This document shows, in pieces, positions 61,301 to 64,000 of a DNA stretch of 64,000 nt (position 1 is the stretch's first letter; each line of letters opens with the position of its first letter). Source of the stretch: Girardia tigrina (taxonomy: Eukaryota); NCBI GenBank assembly GCA_001938485.1, contig MQRK01241883.1:5103-69102 (forward strand). The letters are read 5' to 3'. The notes beneath the pieces were generated by a model that made no database searches, was not told the DNA's origin, and saw only the letters and a list, made by a program, of their open reading frames with translations. The translations under genes were made by a program, and so were the position numbers.

Positions 61301-61699
61301 AATAAAAAAATCTTCTTTTTCTCAGTTTGAACAATGATAGATGTCTTGGTTATGAGATCAATATTGTATATGAATTTTTAAAATGTAATCAATTACTGGG
61401 AAATGTTTTACCTTGTTTCAAAATTTGTATTCCTGATAAACTAATATCAATTTGTTTTAGCCGGTTGCTAACGACAGATCTAGATCATCTTTCATTGAAG
61501 ATAATGAGTTGAAAATGTCTTTGGAAAATGAAGAAAATGAGTATACATTCCATGTCACTTTGCAAAAGGTATTTATTAATTTTCCTTCATATTATTCAGT
61601 GTATTCATTTCATTATCAAGTTTAATGATTTTACTTCATCAAAATTTATCACTCAAAAATTTTCAGCTTGTTTAGAAACTTTGAAGGTTACAAAAATAT

Positions 61700-62103
61700 T
61701 GTGGGAGGAATATTTTAAATTGTATGAATGCGTGAATGTATTGATGTTGTATGCTGATTTGAGTATGTTGAACCTCGAATGGTGATTTTCCCACCCAGAT
61801 AAAATTGGTATTTTTTAAAATATTTATAGTGATTTACTATTCGAATATAATTAAAATAATAATTATATGAGTTTATATTTTTTTAAATTAACAATTAAAA
61901 TTAAGTTAATATTTTTTGAAAACAAAAAGTCATTTAATTATATTTAAATTAAATTCCTTTTTAACAATTTTATAAAATTGTTATTATTTTGAGTTTTTAT
62001 AAAGAAATGGTTAAAATTATTATTTTTAATTAATATTTTTAAAAATTAAATAGTTTAAAAAAATTTCAAATTTTTTTCGAATAATCATGATTAAAAATAG
62101 AAA
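61700..62103 (+). mobile_element. Family-A-like LTR, truncated by the adjacent Gypsy element
   Basis: TGTGGGAGGAATATTTT start; its 3' part matches 4940-5005. Confidence 0.6.
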
Positions 62104-64000
62104 TGTAACAACGAATAACAAATCTATAAAATTTATTTTTTACTAACAATACTTTTTCAATAGATATTATTTAAACAAATAATTATCTATATTTTTTCAT
62201 GTAAAATATTTCATTTAATAAATAAATTTAACATGTAACCCTCCCCCCAGATTCTTCGTCACAAGAATCTATATCTACTACCTACTCGTTCAAATAATTC
62301 GGTTTTCGTCTTTCTCTTTTGGGCCTGTTGCTGATTCCCGATTCACTTTGCTTAACACTCGGAGTTGATTCGTTGTTATTTTCCGACATGTAATCCGAGT
62401 AAGAGTTTCGCGGCAGGTCTGGTTGTCTTGGTCGAATATCTGCTAAATGCCGTGGACCGCAAAAACCATCACAATTTATTAAGTACTTTCTTTGATCCAA
62501 TTTTCTAACGACAACACCTCTTGTCCATTGCTTTGTACATGACATATTATTTTCAGGCTTTACCCAGACTAACTGTTGCTCTACGAAGTCTGTTGATTTG
62601 AGTATGTTGAACCTCGAATGGTGATTTTTTCACCAAGATGGAATTGGTATTTCTTAAAATATTTATAGTGATTTACTATTCGAACATAATTAAAATAATA
62701 ATTATACAAGTTTATATTTTATTAAATTAACAATTAAAATTAAGTTAATATTTTTTGAAAACAAAAAAGTATTATTTTACCTTACATTATCTTTACCTTA
62801 TTTTAAACCGGCTCCTTTTCAATTCTTTGGATTATCTCCAAACCGACTGGAATGTACTTGTAAATTGCTGAACTAGGTGTCTCCTTTCAGTCGAATGGTG
62901 TATTGTTTACCACCATAAGACTTCCCTGATGCTAATATTCGATTGAGACGCAATTCTCTTGATTGGCTTATGATTTCTCTCTATTATTCCGTTAAAATTT
63001 GGTCGATTAATAGCGCAGTATAGGACATATACATTCCACTTTTCCATCAACTTGCTGAATTCGGCTGAATGAAATGTCGTATAATTGTCAATAATCAACT
63101 CCTTTGGAGATCCACGCTCGCAGAACAAATTTGAAAACTCTGTAACAATCGACTTGACATCCTCAGCTTTGATTAGTTTCCATACTTCAAATCAAGAGGG
63201 TTCACAATCAATGATACTTAAGAATTTTTGTTGATCAAATTTTGTGACATCCGCTGCAAGTCTTGTCCAGTTTTCATTGACAGTTAATTTTCCAGTTTCC
63301 CATTTTATTGGCGCCGGATCAATTGGCAACTTTGACACTTCGAGATCAAATCCTTTATATCCGTATTTGACACATTTATTTCCAACTTATTGCACAGATA
63401 TCGCATTCTCTTTGCACCTAAATGACATCTGTCATGAAGTTTCTGTAGTTTGAATAGGTTATCTGTTACAGACAAAAGGCAACTGCTTCGTTTTAATTGT
63501 TTGGGTATTCTTGTCAGTTCATCAGCCTTGTTGTCTTCACTATTAACAAACTCAATTTTCAAAGTTATTTCGTATTCCTGGCACAACTCCTTAATCATTG
63601 ACAATAGGTGCTTTATCAAAAGCTCGGATGAGGCTTTAGTGTGTAATTTATTTTGCTCTGATAGTGCCTCAGTTATCCAAGAAACAACTGATTTGTTATC
63701 TGATTTTACTACAACATTCGTTAGTCCCCATTTAATACACAGATTTAGACCTTTTACAACTGCTTCTAGTTCTGCTACGTTTATGTGCCTAGAATCGTCA
63801 GTTTTCCTTACCCACGATGCGTCTTCTATAATATTTCCTTTAACTTCCAATGCTGCCCCAATGGATATCGAACTGGTATAACACCATATGATGCCGTCTT
63901 TACAATCATCAATACTCCATATTCCTCTGCAAGAATCTTCCTCCTTAACTTTTTTTCAAAATAAATTTGATTTTCTCGAATAATTCGACATCTTTTTTCT
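62104..64000 (-). mobile_element. Ty3/Gypsy 3' half: RNase H, integrase, PPT and 130-bp 3' LTR (62104-62233)
   Basis: IEDASWVRKTDDSRHINVAELEAVVKG, H..CHLG...CQSCQ, GSPKELIIDN...NGIIERNHK, RPKRERRKPNYL; PPT GGGGGGAGGG; LTR TGTTA...TTACA. Confidence 0.9.

Overview
Very AT-rich eukaryotic scaffold with six N-gaps and many (TA)n tracts. The TPPP/p25 sequence type, the short GT-AG introns (45-75 nt) and the mariner/Gypsy content suggest a flatworm, probably a triclad planarian (inference). Four host genes can be supported: (1) the first coding exon of TFIIF-beta/RAP30 (78-644, minus); (2) a spliced minus-strand gene for a signal-peptide / Sushi(CCP)-like / Thr-rich stalk / single-TM protein (about 8580-21214, partial model); (3) an intronless TPPP/p25-alpha (31188-31709); and (4) a 9-exon three-PDZ PATJ/MPDZ-like gene (37497-54154) that the ORF track only catches in fragments. 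The rest is a densely nested transposon graveyard: Ty3/Gypsy pieces, two solo-LTR families (one with clear 5-bp TSDs), mariner, Tc1/Tc3, pogo/Tigger, piggyBac, hAT, MULE, Chapaev-like and LINE remnants, and MITEs. I cannot claim a proven new system. The best candidates are: a 1.39-kb LTR element with 76-78-bp LTRs, an intact gag, a GGGAAAC slippery site and a paralogous empty site in the same window; gag start codons formed by the LTR/PBS junction itself; a solo-LTR family ending in TA instead of CA; and minimal hammerhead-ribozyme cores, two of them in a 150-bp-arm inverted repeat. All calls are from visual reading; no database searches were run.
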